This document shows, in pieces, positions 47,893 through 57,457 of a stretch of 64,000 nt of DNA. The notes beneath the pieces were generated by a model, which saw nothing but the letters and a program-made list of their open reading frames with translations, was not told where the DNA came from and did no database searches. A program made the position numbers and the translations under genes. Each line of letters opens with the position of its first letter. Position 1 is the stretch's first letter. This stretch comes from Spirochaetia bacterium (lineage in GTDB: Bacteria; Spirochaetota; Spirochaetia; SZUA-6; Bin103), in the NCBI GenBank assembly GCA_965203905.1, contig CBDBDQ010000005.1:1952001-2016000 (forward strand), written 5' to 3'.

Positions 47893-48259
47893 AACGCACG
47901 GTTCCGTATCACGCGGCGCCGTGACGGGCCATAGCACGGGGCTGCCCGCACCGCCAAGCCGATCTGGAACCGCACCTGCCCATGCCCAAGGGCCGCCAAC
48001 CCGCGGTCACGCTCCCCGTGCGCCCAAAGCACCGGCGCGTTTCACAGCAAGAGCTCGGAGGGTAGCTCGACATGGGCTTGCCGACCGTCGAGGTAGAGGA
48101 CACCCAACTGCTGGGAATACGCGGGTGATGCCAGTAGCAAGAGAAGGGTCAGTCTAGTGATCACGATTACTTCTCCGCAAGGAAATGAGCACCAATACAA
48201 AGTAGAAAGTGATCAATACAAGATGTAAAACAGGCCATATCCGGGTCAGCAGGAAGTCG

Positions 48260-49675
48260 CTATCCCACCTTCTCTGCAACTTCCCCACTGACGTCCCCAC
48301 GGACAACGGGATACGGACCCGGTGTTAATGACGATCCGTCCGACCAGTTCTCCGCCCTGCCTTCCAGGTGTCGCGCCATCCGCGATCTGAGTTCGGCCAA
48401 GGTTTCAGCGTGCGCGTCCGCTCCGGAAAGCTCGGCCGTTTCCTGCGGATCCGACTCCAGGTCGAACAGCTGCTCGGCTCCGGTAACGGGGTTCCAGATG
48501 TACTTCCACCGGGAACTGGTCAGTGACTGGTAGCAGTTCTGCGGATGGTAACAGGGCGCGTGTTCGTGATGGTAGTACTCACGCCACTCCGCGGACTCGC
48601 CCACGACCAGTGGCAGCGTGCTCCTTCCTTCGACCGCACGCGGCGTCTCCAGTCCAGCCAGGTCCAGAAACGTCGGCATGATGTCCTCCCAGCCAACGAC
48701 GGCATCGAGTTCGAGGTTGCGCTCCCCACCGTGACCATGTGGCAGCCGGAGGATCATCGGTACGCGGGCGCTCGCCTCGTACGCGTAGGTCTTTCGCCAG
48801 AGGTTGTGGTCCCCCAGCATTTCACCGTGGTCGGAGGTAAAGCAGACGGCGGTGTCACTCATCTGTCCCGACCCCCCCAGGTATTCCGTCAGCCGACCGA
48901 TCTGTACGTCGAGGTAGGCGAGGTAGGCGAAGTACCCGGCGCGTGCGCGCTGGTTGAGGTGATCCGAAATCTTGCCCCGCCAGGCGTTCACATCCAGCGG
49001 ATATCGAGCTTCCTCCGCATGTACTGCGGCCCAGTCGCCGACAACGGGAGGCGGCATCCCACGGTCGATGAACATGTCGAAGAAGTCGCGTGGTGGACAC
49101 CACGGTGGATGCGGACCGTTGAAGGAGAGGCAGAGGAAAAAAGGCCGCGTGGGATCGCGCTTGTCGAGTCGGTCGATGGCCTGGCTGACGAGCCAGGTTT
49201 CTTCCATCTGTGTTTCCGGAAGGTGGTTCGGACGGGACATCCACGAGTTCGGGTGAACGCCATGAGCGTACTTCGCACGAGGGTGTCGGGTCTGACCCTC
49301 GATCCACTCCTCGTAGTCCTGAGGCGTGATGAGCTGCTCGAAACCGAGATGGGCGCGGCGCGGGTGGAAATGGGTCTTCCCGACATTGATGGTCTGGTAG
49401 CCGCCGCGGGAGAGCTCTCCGGCCAGGGTCTGCTCGTACGGCCAGGGAAGGTTGTCCCGGTACCCGAGAAACCCGGTCCCGTTCGGTGTGAGACCGGTCA
49501 TCAGACAGCGACGGGCCGGCACGCACGACGGAGACGGTGTGTACCCGTTGACGAAGGTAACGCCCTCGGCCGAGATGCTGTCGAGGTGAGGTGTTTCGGC
49601 AACGGGATGACCCAGGCGGCCGAGGCAGTCGCCGCGCCAGTGGTCGGTCAGGATGAGGATAATGTTAGGAGGCAT
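48260..49675 (-). CDS. Sulfatase (choline-sulfatase-like)
   Basis: PNIILILTD, CVPAR, GKTHF, SDHGEMLGDH, LFDLESDP. Confidence 0.92.
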   Translation of the reverse strand: MPPNIILILTDHWRGDCLGRLGHPVAETPHLDSISAEGVTFVNGYTPSPSCVPARRCLMTGLTPNGTGFLGYRDNLPWPYEQTLAGELSRGGYQTINVGKTHFHPRRAHLGFEQLITPQDYEEWIEGQTRHPRAKYAHGVHPNSWMSRPNHLPETQMEETWLVSQAIDRLDKRDPTRPFFLCLSFNGPHPPWCPPRDFFDMFIDRGMPPPVVGDWAAVHAEEARYPLDVNAWRGKISDHLNQRARAGYFAYLAYLDVQIGRLTEYLGGSGQMSDTAVCFTSDHGEMLGDHNLWRKTYAYEASARVPMILRLPHGHGGERNLELDAVVGWEDIMPTFLDLAGLETPRAVEGRSTLPLVVGESAEWREYYHHEHAPCYHPQNCYQSLTSSRWKYIWNPVTGAEQLFDLESDPQETAELSGADAHAETLAELRSRMARHLEGRAENWSDGSSLTPGPYPVVRGDVSGEVAEKVG

Positions 49676-50142
49676 GGAGGGCCCAATAGTCAACAGGCAG
49701 CGAGCAATACATAATTAGGAACTACGTGAGGGCTTCAGGGTGAGAACGACGGGTGATCCCACCGGAACAGGCTCGGCAACAATGGCAACGCGTTTGTCGG
49801 ATGTGTAGATGCCGTCCTGGCGATGGGAATTGTACGGCAGATACGACAGGATTGCCCGTGCTTTCTGCGAGAGCCCACTGACCGAACCGCGCCCCGCCAG
49901 GGCCAGCGAACCACCCAGGGATACACCATCGAGATCGCCAACAGCCTCTGGTCGAATGCTGCGTCCAGAGCCAGTTTCGCCCCTGGTGATGAGTTTCATC
50001 GGCATCGGCAGCTGAAACCATACGCACATACTCGGACTATTTCAAGGAGACGTGCACCTCTTCGACCCTCTGGAGTTCCTTGCCGAGCTCACCCAGAATC
50101 CCGTGCAGAATCTCTCCTCTCCAGCTTGACCCCGGAGGAGAG

Positions 50143-52590
50143 TCAGCTCCGGATGCGCTCACCGCGTGGGTCGTAAAGCGGCTCCTCCACGACCTTCGCC
50201 CCGCACCGTTCCCCAAACAGCTCCACCGCGACCGAGGTCCCTGGCGTCGCCAAGCGCACGGGCAGGTATCCGTAGGCGATGCTCTCCCGCACCGTGTAGC
50301 CATAGCCTCCGCTCGTCACCCGCCCCACCACGCCATCTCCCGCGCCGGGGTCGAGAATCGGCTCGCCGCCGAGGACGACGTGGCTCGGGTCATCAAGGGT
50401 CAGACAGCAGAGCTTGCGCTCGACGCCGGCTTCCTGGATACGTTCCAGAGCCGTCTTGCCGATGAAGTCGCCCTTCTTGAGCCTGACGGAGAACTTCATC
50501 CCCGCCTCCCAAGGATGATGCACCGCGTCGATGTCCGCGCTCCAGTAGCGGTAGCCCTTCTCGAGACGGAGAGAATCGATGGCCCTGTAGCCCGCCGCCA
50601 CCACACCGAGGGGGACGCCGGCTTCCCAGAGCCTGTCCCAGAGCCTCAGGCCGTACTCCGATGGCGCGTAGAGTTCCCAGCCGAGCTCCCCCACATAGGT
50701 AACCCGGCAGGCGAGCGTCGGCACCTCACCGATGGTCACCGGACGTGCCGTCATGTAGGGGAAGGTGTCGTTCGAGAAGTCGTCGTCGCTGACACTCTGC
50801 ACGAGTTCCCGAGCGCGTGGACCCCAGACGCCAATGGTACAGAGGCTGGCGGTGATGTCCCGTACGTGCACCGAGCCGTCGTCGGGCAGATGGGATCGAA
50901 TCCAAGACCGATCGTGCGGGCCGAAGGCGGTGCCGGTGATGAGCTGAAAACGATCTCCGCCGAGCCGCGTTACGGTAAGGTCGCACTCGATGCCGCCGCG
51001 GCGGTTGAGCATCTGCGTATAGGTGATGGAACCGAAGGGTCGATCCATCTCGTTGGTGGTAATCCTTTGCAGGAAAGAGAGTGCGGCGTAGCCATAGACC
51101 TCGATCTTCGCGAAGGACGTCTCGTCGAAGAGGGCGACACGCTCCCGGGTCGCCTGATGCTCGACGCCGATGGCCGTGGACCAGCAACGCCGCGCCCAGC
51201 CCTTCGGCTCCGGCCAGCGGGCGCCGGCCGGGACGGCCGACGCGGCCGGTTCGTTGGTGACAAACCAGTTCGGCCGCTCCCAACCGTTCTTCTCGCCGAA
51301 GACGGCTCCCAGCGCTTCGAGACGGCCGTAGAGAGGGCTGAGGCGGAGGTTGCGAACGCTTTCGCGCTCCTCGCCCGGGTAGTGGATATCGTAGTACGTC
51401 CGGTAGACCTCGGACGCACGCCCGAGAACGAACCGTCGGCTGGCCGCGTGCCGGCTGAAGCGGCGGATGTCCATCTGCCACATGTCGAGGCTCGGCTCAC
51501 CGGTGACGATCCACTCCGCCAGAGCCTTGCCGACGCCGCCACCGCCGGAAACGCCGTGGGCACAGAAGCCGCACGCGACCCAAAACCCACGCACCTCCGA
51601 CGCCTCTCCCAGAACAAACTCCCCGTCCGGGGTGAACGACTCGAGCCCGTTGACTTTCTTGACCAACTCGGCTTCCTCGAGCAAGGGAAACCGCGACCGT
51701 CCGGCTTCGAGAAGAGGCGCGAAGCGGGAGGCGTCGAAATCTCTCACGGTCGCGTGGGCGCCGGTGGGGATGGAATCCTCGCCGAAAGTCGCGCACTCCC
51801 GCTCGTATCCGCCCAGCACCAAACTGTCTTCGTCCTGGCGCAGGTAGACCAAACGATCGGGGTCGCGAATGTTCGGCAGGGTGACGCCATCGAGCTCCTC
51901 CAGCGCCGTCGTGGCGACGTACTGATGTTGCATGGGTATCAGTGGGATCGACACTCCGAGCAGGCGACCCAGACGCCGCGACCAGATGCCGGTTGCGACT
52001 ACCAGAACGTTCGTCCGGATGCGCCCCTTCGACGTGATCACGGCCCGGACCTTCCCGGCGCTGACATCGACCCCGACCACTGGGGTTTCGGCCTGAAACA
52101 CCACGCCCCGCTTGCGGGCTCGAGCCGCCAGGGCCTGGGCCAGAACCAGCGCCCGCGCCGAGCCATCGGTGGGAACATAGAGAGCGCCGCAGAGATCCTG
52201 CGAGCTCATGAGCGGGAACAGGTGCAAGGCTTCCGCGGCCGTGATCAGTTCCGCCTCGAGCCCGACGGTGCGAGCCCAGCCGGCCTGACGCTTCAATTCC
52301 TCAAGGCGTTCCGTGGACGACGCCAGGCGCAGGCTGCCCACCTGGGAGAACCCGGGCACCCCGTCGATCTCGAGCTCCTTGTAAAGGGAGACGCTGTAGC
52401 GGAGGAGCTGGGTGAGGGTGGCCGACGAGCGCAACTGTCCTACCAGCCCCGGAGCGTGGGAGGTGGTGCCACTACGCAGCGGCCCCCGGTCGAGAACGAT
52501 CAGGTCCCGCCAGCCGAGCTCGGCCAGGTGGTAGGCGATGCTCGACCCGGCGATCCCGGTTCCTACGATGACGGCCCTTGCTTCTTCCAC
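50143..52590 (-). CDS. GcvT-family FAD-dependent oxidoreductase (dimethylglycine/sarcosine dehydrogenase-like)
   Basis: GTGIAG, SGTTSHAPG, ESFTPDG, GWERPNWF, YVGELGWEL, SLRLEKGY. Confidence 0.93.
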   Translation of the reverse strand: MEEARAVIVGTGIAGSSIAYHLAELGWRDLIVLDRGPLRSGTTSHAPGLVGQLRSSATLTQLLRYSVSLYKELEIDGVPGFSQVGSLRLASSTERLEELKRQAGWARTVGLEAELITAAEALHLFPLMSSQDLCGALYVPTDGSARALVLAQALAARARKRGVVFQAETPVVGVDVSAGKVRAVITSKGRIRTNVLVVATGIWSRRLGRLLGVSIPLIPMQHQYVATTALEELDGVTLPNIRDPDRLVYLRQDEDSLVLGGYERECATFGEDSIPTGAHATVRDFDASRFAPLLEAGRSRFPLLEEAELVKKVNGLESFTPDGEFVLGEASEVRGFWVACGFCAHGVSGGGGVGKALAEWIVTGEPSLDMWQMDIRRFSRHAASRRFVLGRASEVYRTYYDIHYPGEERESVRNLRLSPLYGRLEALGAVFGEKNGWERPNWFVTNEPAASAVPAGARWPEPKGWARRCWSTAIGVEHQATRERVALFDETSFAKIEVYGYAALSFLQRITTNEMDRPFGSITYTQMLNRRGGIECDLTVTRLGGDRFQLITGTAFGPHDRSWIRSHLPDDGSVHVRDITASLCTIGVWGPRARELVQSVSDDDFSNDTFPYMTARPVTIGEVPTLACRVTYVGELGWELYAPSEYGLRLWDRLWEAGVPLGVVAAGYRAIDSLRLEKGYRYWSADIDAVHHPWEAGMKFSVRLKKGDFIGKTALERIQEAGVERKLCCLTLDDPSHVVLGGEPILDPGAGDGVVGRVTSGGYGYTVRESIAYGYLPVRLATPGTSVAVELFGERCGAKVVEEPLYDPRGERIRS

Positions 52591-52977
52591 TCGATGATCC
52601 GGTGTTGCGGTTGGATTCGGAGAATTGTCGATTGTCTATCGTCGCTTGTCGATTTAGAAAAGGTGAGGACAAGATTCCTCGAGCCCAACGACGATTCCAA
52701 CCCAGCTCTAGCGAGGGGAGATCCCATGTACGTATTCTCGGTCCTTTACAGCAATTTCTTGCCGCGTTTCGCCGCTAGCCCCTCGGCCCAAGGGCCGCAG
52801 GCCGACAGGGAGGCCCGGGAATTCCTCCGCTTGTAGAACTCGCTCCTAGTAGAAGATGGTTTGACAGAACGAGCGCCAACGGCCCATGATGGTCACACGG
52901 ACGAGCGGCAAACCCGGGACGGGATGTGCCCGGGCGTTCCTCTCACCGAATCTATCTCCGTTCAGAGGAGGATCGTC

Positions 52978-54927
52978 ATGTTCACAGGAGCCATCCCCGG
53001 GCACCGTCCCGGCGTGTTCCATGTGGCAGCTCTGCTGCTGCTTTGCCTGCCCCTGGCCGTCTTCGCAGGCGCCGAAGCGGAGGGGGCTGCGGCCACCACC
53101 GCGGTCTTATTAGATACCTCGATCAAAGAGTCCCCCATGCTGAGCGACATGGTGGAAGCGGGGAAGCTGCCGCCCCTGGCGGAGCGGCTTCCCAACGAGC
53201 CGCTGGTGCTGGAGCCGAACATCGAGATGGGCCAGTACGGCGGCACCCTGCGCGCCGTCTACGGCGGTCCCGCCGAAGGGCACACCTATGCCCGCTACGT
53301 GGTGGACCCGCTGGTGCGCTTCACCGTGGACGGCAGCGACATCGTCACCAACCTGGCCAAGAGCTTCGAGATCACCGACGACGCCCGGGTCTACACCTTC
53401 TACCTGCGCGAGGGGCTGAAGTGGTCCGACGGAGCGCCCCACACCGCGGACGACTTCCTGTTCTACGCCAACGACATCTACCTGAACAAGGAGCTCAACC
53501 CTTCGCCGTTCCGCTGGTTCACCTCCGGCGGCGAGCCGATGAAGATGGAGAAGCTCGGCGACTACGCCATTCGCGTCACCTTTGCCGAGCCATACACCCT
53601 CTTCCTGCGGCAGCTCGCCTTCCGGGGACGCCATTCTTCGGCCATCGCCGCCCCGGCCCACTACCTGAAGCAGTTCCACCCCACCTACACCGATAAGGCC
53701 ACGGTCGACCGGATGGCCAGGCAGGAGGGGCTGGACGCCTGGACCGACCTGTTCGAGGACAGAAACGATTATTGGTACAACTCCGAGCGGCCGGGTACCG
53801 GGGCTTGGCTGATCCTCACCGAGCCGGGGGAACAGTTGATCTCCTTGGAGCGCAACCCCTACTACTGGAAGGTCGATCCCGCGGGCCGTCAGTTGCCCTA
53901 CATCGACAAGGTCGAGATGCAGCTCGTCGAGGACTACGAGCTCATCGTGATCAAGGCGGCCAACGGCGAGATCGACCTGGAGTTCAATGTGCTGGGGCTC
54001 GAGGACTACACCTTCCTCAAAGAGAACGAGAAGAAGGGTGACTACCGGGTGCTGACCTACGACGGCGACCGGGCGGCCCATGTGGCCTTCTGGCCCAACA
54101 TGAGCTACCAGAACGACCCCCGCCTGGGCGAGCTCATGAGCAATTCCAGGTTCAAGGAGGCCCTGTCCCTCGGCATCGACCGCGACGAGCTCAACGAGCT
54201 GTTCTACTACGGTCTGGGTGTGCCCCGCTCCATCACGGCCATCGACTCCGAGCCCACCTACGAGGAAGATGTGGCCAGGATGCACATCGAGTACAACCCC
54301 GAGAAGGCCAACCGGATCCTGGACGAGCTGGGGTTCGACAAGAGGAACGCCAGGGGCATCCGCCTCTTTCCGGACGGCGAGCCGATCTCCTTCGTCATGG
54401 ACTGGGCCACCTCCTGGCCCGTGCACGGCAAGGTGGCCGAGGTGGTCAGCGACTACTGGCGAGACCTGGGTATCGACACCGTGGTCAAGGCCCACGAGCG
54501 CTCGGTCTTCTACGAGCTTAGCTACAGCAACTCCTTTGCGATGTCCGTGTTCCAGTCTCCGGGCACCTCCCTGGTCAACAACTGGTGGATCATACCCTGG
54601 TATCACAACAGCAACGGCTACGGCGTGTGGCACCGGACCGGCGGCGAGGAAGGGGTGGCGCCGCCCGAGGGCAGCCTGGTGCGCAAGGCCATCGACCTCT
54701 ACTATGAGGCCATGGCGGAGCCCGACTTCGACGACATGGTGGCCGGCATCAGGCAGCTCCTGCGCTGGAAGAACGAGAACCTGTGGGGCATCGGAACCGT
54801 GGGGATGCAGCCCAAGATCGGCGTGGCCTCCAACAGGCTGGGCAACGTTCCCGAGAACTCTCCCTCTGGATGGCATCTGGTGACGCCGTCCAACACGCGC
54901 CCCGAGCAGTACTTCATCAGGCAGTAG
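52978..54927 (+). CDS. ABC transporter substrate-binding protein, family 5
   Basis: AGGAGG RBS; signal peptide; GKLPPLAERLP, GQYGGTL, LREGLKWSDG, RNPYYWKVD..GRQLPYID. Confidence 0.92.
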   Translation: MFTGAIPGHRPGVFHVAALLLLCLPLAVFAGAEAEGAAATTAVLLDTSIKESPMLSDMVEAGKLPPLAERLPNEPLVLEPNIEMGQYGGTLRAVYGGPAEGHTYARYVVDPLVRFTVDGSDIVTNLAKSFEITDDARVYTFYLREGLKWSDGAPHTADDFLFYANDIYLNKELNPSPFRWFTSGGEPMKMEKLGDYAIRVTFAEPYTLFLRQLAFRGRHSSAIAAPAHYLKQFHPTYTDKATVDRMARQEGLDAWTDLFEDRNDYWYNSERPGTGAWLILTEPGEQLISLERNPYYWKVDPAGRQLPYIDKVEMQLVEDYELIVIKAANGEIDLEFNVLGLEDYTFLKENEKKGDYRVLTYDGDRAAHVAFWPNMSYQNDPRLGELMSNSRFKEALSLGIDRDELNELFYYGLGVPRSITAIDSEPTYEEDVARMHIEYNPEKANRILDELGFDKRNARGIRLFPDGEPISFVMDWATSWPVHGKVAEVVSDYWRDLGIDTVVKAHERSVFYELSYSNSFAMSVFQSPGTSLVNNWWIIPWYHNSNGYGVWHRTGGEEGVAPPEGSLVRKAIDLYYEAMAEPDFDDMVAGIRQLLRWKNENLWGIGTVGMQPKIGVASNRLGNVPENSPSGWHLVTPSNTRPEQYFIRQ

Positions 54928-54963
54928 GCTGCCTCGGACGCTGGTGAGCGAGCGCTGATACGC

Positions 54964-55027
54964 ACAGAGCCTTCCCCGCCGGCGGCGTCCCGATGGTCGG
55001 CGCCGTGGCGGCGGGGGAGGGTTTTGT
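54964..55027. terminator. Hairpin between convergent genes, probable intrinsic terminator
   Basis: ACAGAGCCTTCCCCGCC pairs with GGCGGGGGAGGGTTTTGT; T-rich tail on the + strand. Confidence 0.6.
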
Positions 55028-55067
55028 TCCGTGTGCTGCGTGGCGGCGCACGCGAGGAAGACCTTCC

Positions 55068-56207
55068 CTAGGTCGCGTACGGATCCGCCGCGTCCCTCAG
55101 TCCGTCACCGATGAAGTTGAACACCAGGACCGTGACGATCACGAACAACACCGGAAGCATGAGCCAGGGGTGCAGGGCCACCGTACGGACGCTCTGTGCG
55201 TCCTGCAGCAGCACCCCCCAACTGGTCACCGGCGGCTGCAGCCCCAGCCCCAGAAAGCTCAGGGCCGTTTCCCCCAGGATCATGAGGGGAATGCTGATGG
55301 TGATGCTCACGATCAGGTGGCTCATGAAGGAGGGCAGGAGGTGCTTCCAGATGATGCTCATCTCGCTGTTGCCGCACAGACGCGCCGCCAGCACGAAGTC
55401 CTCCTCCCTCAGGGCGAGCAGCTTGCCCCGCACCACACGGGCCAGCATGGTCCAGCCCACCAGCGAGAGAATGACGGTGATGGCGAAGTAGACGCGCAGC
55501 GGCGGCCACTGTGGCGGCAGGGCGGCGCTGAAGGCCATCCACAGCGGGATGGCGGGAAAGGAGCGGATGATCTCGATGATCCGCTGAATGACGGCGTCCA
55601 CGGTGCCGCCGAAGTACCCGGACACGCCGCCGATCAGCAGCCCGAGCAGGAAGCTGACGACCACACCGATGAACCCGATCGATAGCGAGATCCGGGCGCC
55701 GTTGAGGATGCGGGAGAGCATGTCCCGGCCGAGCTGATCGGTTCCAAGGAGAAAGATCACCCCGTCGCCTTCCACTCCGAACAGATGCAGGTCTCCCCGG
55801 TACTGCCCCCAGAACCAGTACTCGTCTCCCCGAACGAAGAGGCGCAGGGGATACATCCTGCTCCGGTCGTCGACATAGGTCCGGCGCAACGTCTCCTCGT
55901 CGATCTGCCGCACCAGGCGGTAGACGAAGGGCCGGACCAATTGACCTTCGTGGAAGATGCGCACTCGCATCGGCGGCACAAAGGCGTACTCCTTGTGGCG
56001 TTCGTGCAGGTCGTAGGGAGCGATGAACTCGGCGAATATCGCCGTCACGTAGAGCAGCACGATGATCAACACGCCCACGACCGCCAGCCTGTGCTTGCGG
56101 AACTTCCACCACATGAGCTGCCACTGCGAGGCGAGGAACCGTCTTTCTTCGAGGTCTTCTCTCTCGGTGACGGCGCTGCGTACACCGTGCTTCGTGGTGC
56201 TGCTCAC
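55068..56207 (-). CDS. ABC transporter permease (DppC-like)
   Basis: LGTDQLGRD, ETALSFLGLG, FNFIGDGLRDAADP; GGAGG RBS. Confidence 0.92.
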   Translation of the reverse strand: MSSTTKHGVRSAVTEREDLEERRFLASQWQLMWWKFRKHRLAVVGVLIIVLLYVTAIFAEFIAPYDLHERHKEYAFVPPMRVRIFHEGQLVRPFVYRLVRQIDEETLRRTYVDDRSRMYPLRLFVRGDEYWFWGQYRGDLHLFGVEGDGVIFLLGTDQLGRDMLSRILNGARISLSIGFIGVVVSFLLGLLIGGVSGYFGGTVDAVIQRIIEIIRSFPAIPLWMAFSAALPPQWPPLRVYFAITVILSLVGWTMLARVVRGKLLALREEDFVLAARLCGNSEMSIIWKHLLPSFMSHLIVSITISIPLMILGETALSFLGLGLQPPVTSWGVLLQDAQSVRTVALHPWLMLPVLFVIVTVLVFNFIGDGLRDAADPYAT

Positions 56208-56224
56208 ACATGCCCCTCCACTCT

Positions 56225-57205
56225 CTAGTACCGAATACGCGGATCGACCCACGCGAGCAGGATGTCCGATACGAGGGTGCCAACAACGGTCAGGATCGCC
56301 AGAAGCATGAGGAAGCTGCAGGCTAGGTACATGTCCTGATTGAGCAACGCACGCAGGAGCAGCGGACCGGTGGTGGGAAGCCCCAGCACAACCGAGGTGA
56401 TCGTAGCGCCTGAAATCAACTCCGGGAGAAGCCATCCGACGGTGCTGACCATTGGATTGATGGCCAGCTTAACCGGGTACTTGAACAAGAGCACGCGCTC
56501 CGTTACCCCTTTGGCTCTGGCGGTTATCACGTACTGCTTCTTGAGCTCATCGAGCAGGTTGCCGCGCATGACCCGGATGTGACCAGCGGTCCCGGCCGTA
56601 CCGACCACTACCACCGGTATCCAGAGGTGTTTCAACAGGTCCCAAACCTTCCCCAGGCTCCACGTAGCCTGGATGTACTCGGGAGAGAACAGTCCTCCGA
56701 CGCTCTGGTTGAAGAAGGCGAAGGCGACGAACATCAGGACGAGGGCCAGGAGGAAGTTGGGGGTGGCGAGACCCAGAAAGCCCAGGGCCGTAAAGAAAAA
56801 GTCGCCCGACGAGTACTGGTGCGTGGCGGAGTAGATGCCGATGGGAATGGCCACGGCATACACGAAGACCAGGCTGAAGCTGGCGACGACGACGGTCAGA
56901 ACGAGCCGGTCGCCGATGAGCTCGGCGACCGGGCGGTTGGCCTCGAAGGACCTGCCCATGTCCCCCTGCACGAAGTTCCAGATCCACCTGAAGTACTGGA
57001 TGTATACGGGCCTGTCCAGTCCGAACCGCCGCTCGAGGTTTGCGATGACCTCTTCGTCGATGGGGTTGCCGCTCATCTCCAGCATGGCGATGTAGGAGGT
57101 GAGGTAGTCGCCCGGCGGCAGCTGGATGAGGACAAAGGAGATGACAGAGATGACCAGGAGCGTTGGAACCATCATCAGGATACGCCACAGAAAATAGCGC
57201 AACAC
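56225..57205 (-). CDS. ABC transporter permease (DppB-like)
   Basis: IQLPPGD, GDMGRSF, TARAKG, DPRIRY; GGAGG RBS. Confidence 0.92.
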   Translation of the reverse strand: MLRYFLWRILMMVPTLLVISVISFVLIQLPPGDYLTSYIAMLEMSGNPIDEEVIANLERRFGLDRPVYIQYFRWIWNFVQGDMGRSFEANRPVAELIGDRLVLTVVVASFSLVFVYAVAIPIGIYSATHQYSSGDFFFTALGFLGLATPNFLLALVLMFVAFAFFNQSVGGLFSPEYIQATWSLGKVWDLLKHLWIPVVVVGTAGTAGHIRVMRGNLLDELKKQYVITARAKGVTERVLLFKYPVKLAINPMVSTVGWLLPELISGATITSVVLGLPTTGPLLLRALLNQDMYLACSFLMLLAILTVVGTLVSDILLAWVDPRIRY

Positions 57206-57310
57206 GACAGCCTCCGGTTCCCAGAAAGGGCTTACCCTCCCAGCATTCGAAACGAGGCTACAAGCCTCTGCGCGCTTTGTCAACATCCCGCATTGCCTTG
57301 CCTCAAGCTA

Positions 57311-57360
57311 AATCCACACGAACGGAGTGTGGTGCCTCATCCAAACATCCACACGAACGG
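57311..57360. repeat. ATCCACACGAACGG direct repeat, 35-bp period
   Basis: Copies at 57312 and 57347; the first forms the hairpin CCACAC-N7-GTGTGG. Confidence 0.7.
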
Positions 57361-57457
57361 CCGCGCCATGATGGGGGCGGAGCGGAAGGCAGTGACGCGG
57401 GAGACGGCGCAGGAGTACCGCCGGAACTCGCGATCCATTCGCTCGAGGTGGCCGCGG

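Larger units (their letters stand above)
46285..48050 (+). mobile_element. IS110 family insertion sequence
   Basis: DEDD transposase; no terminal inverted repeats; CAA at both predicted junctions (46285-46287, 48048-48050); ~320-nt structured left end. Confidence 0.8.

Noticed and set aside
49715-50140. Short ORFs between the GcvT-family gene and the sulfatase
   Set aside because: No frame gives a recognisable product; possibly a gene remnant.
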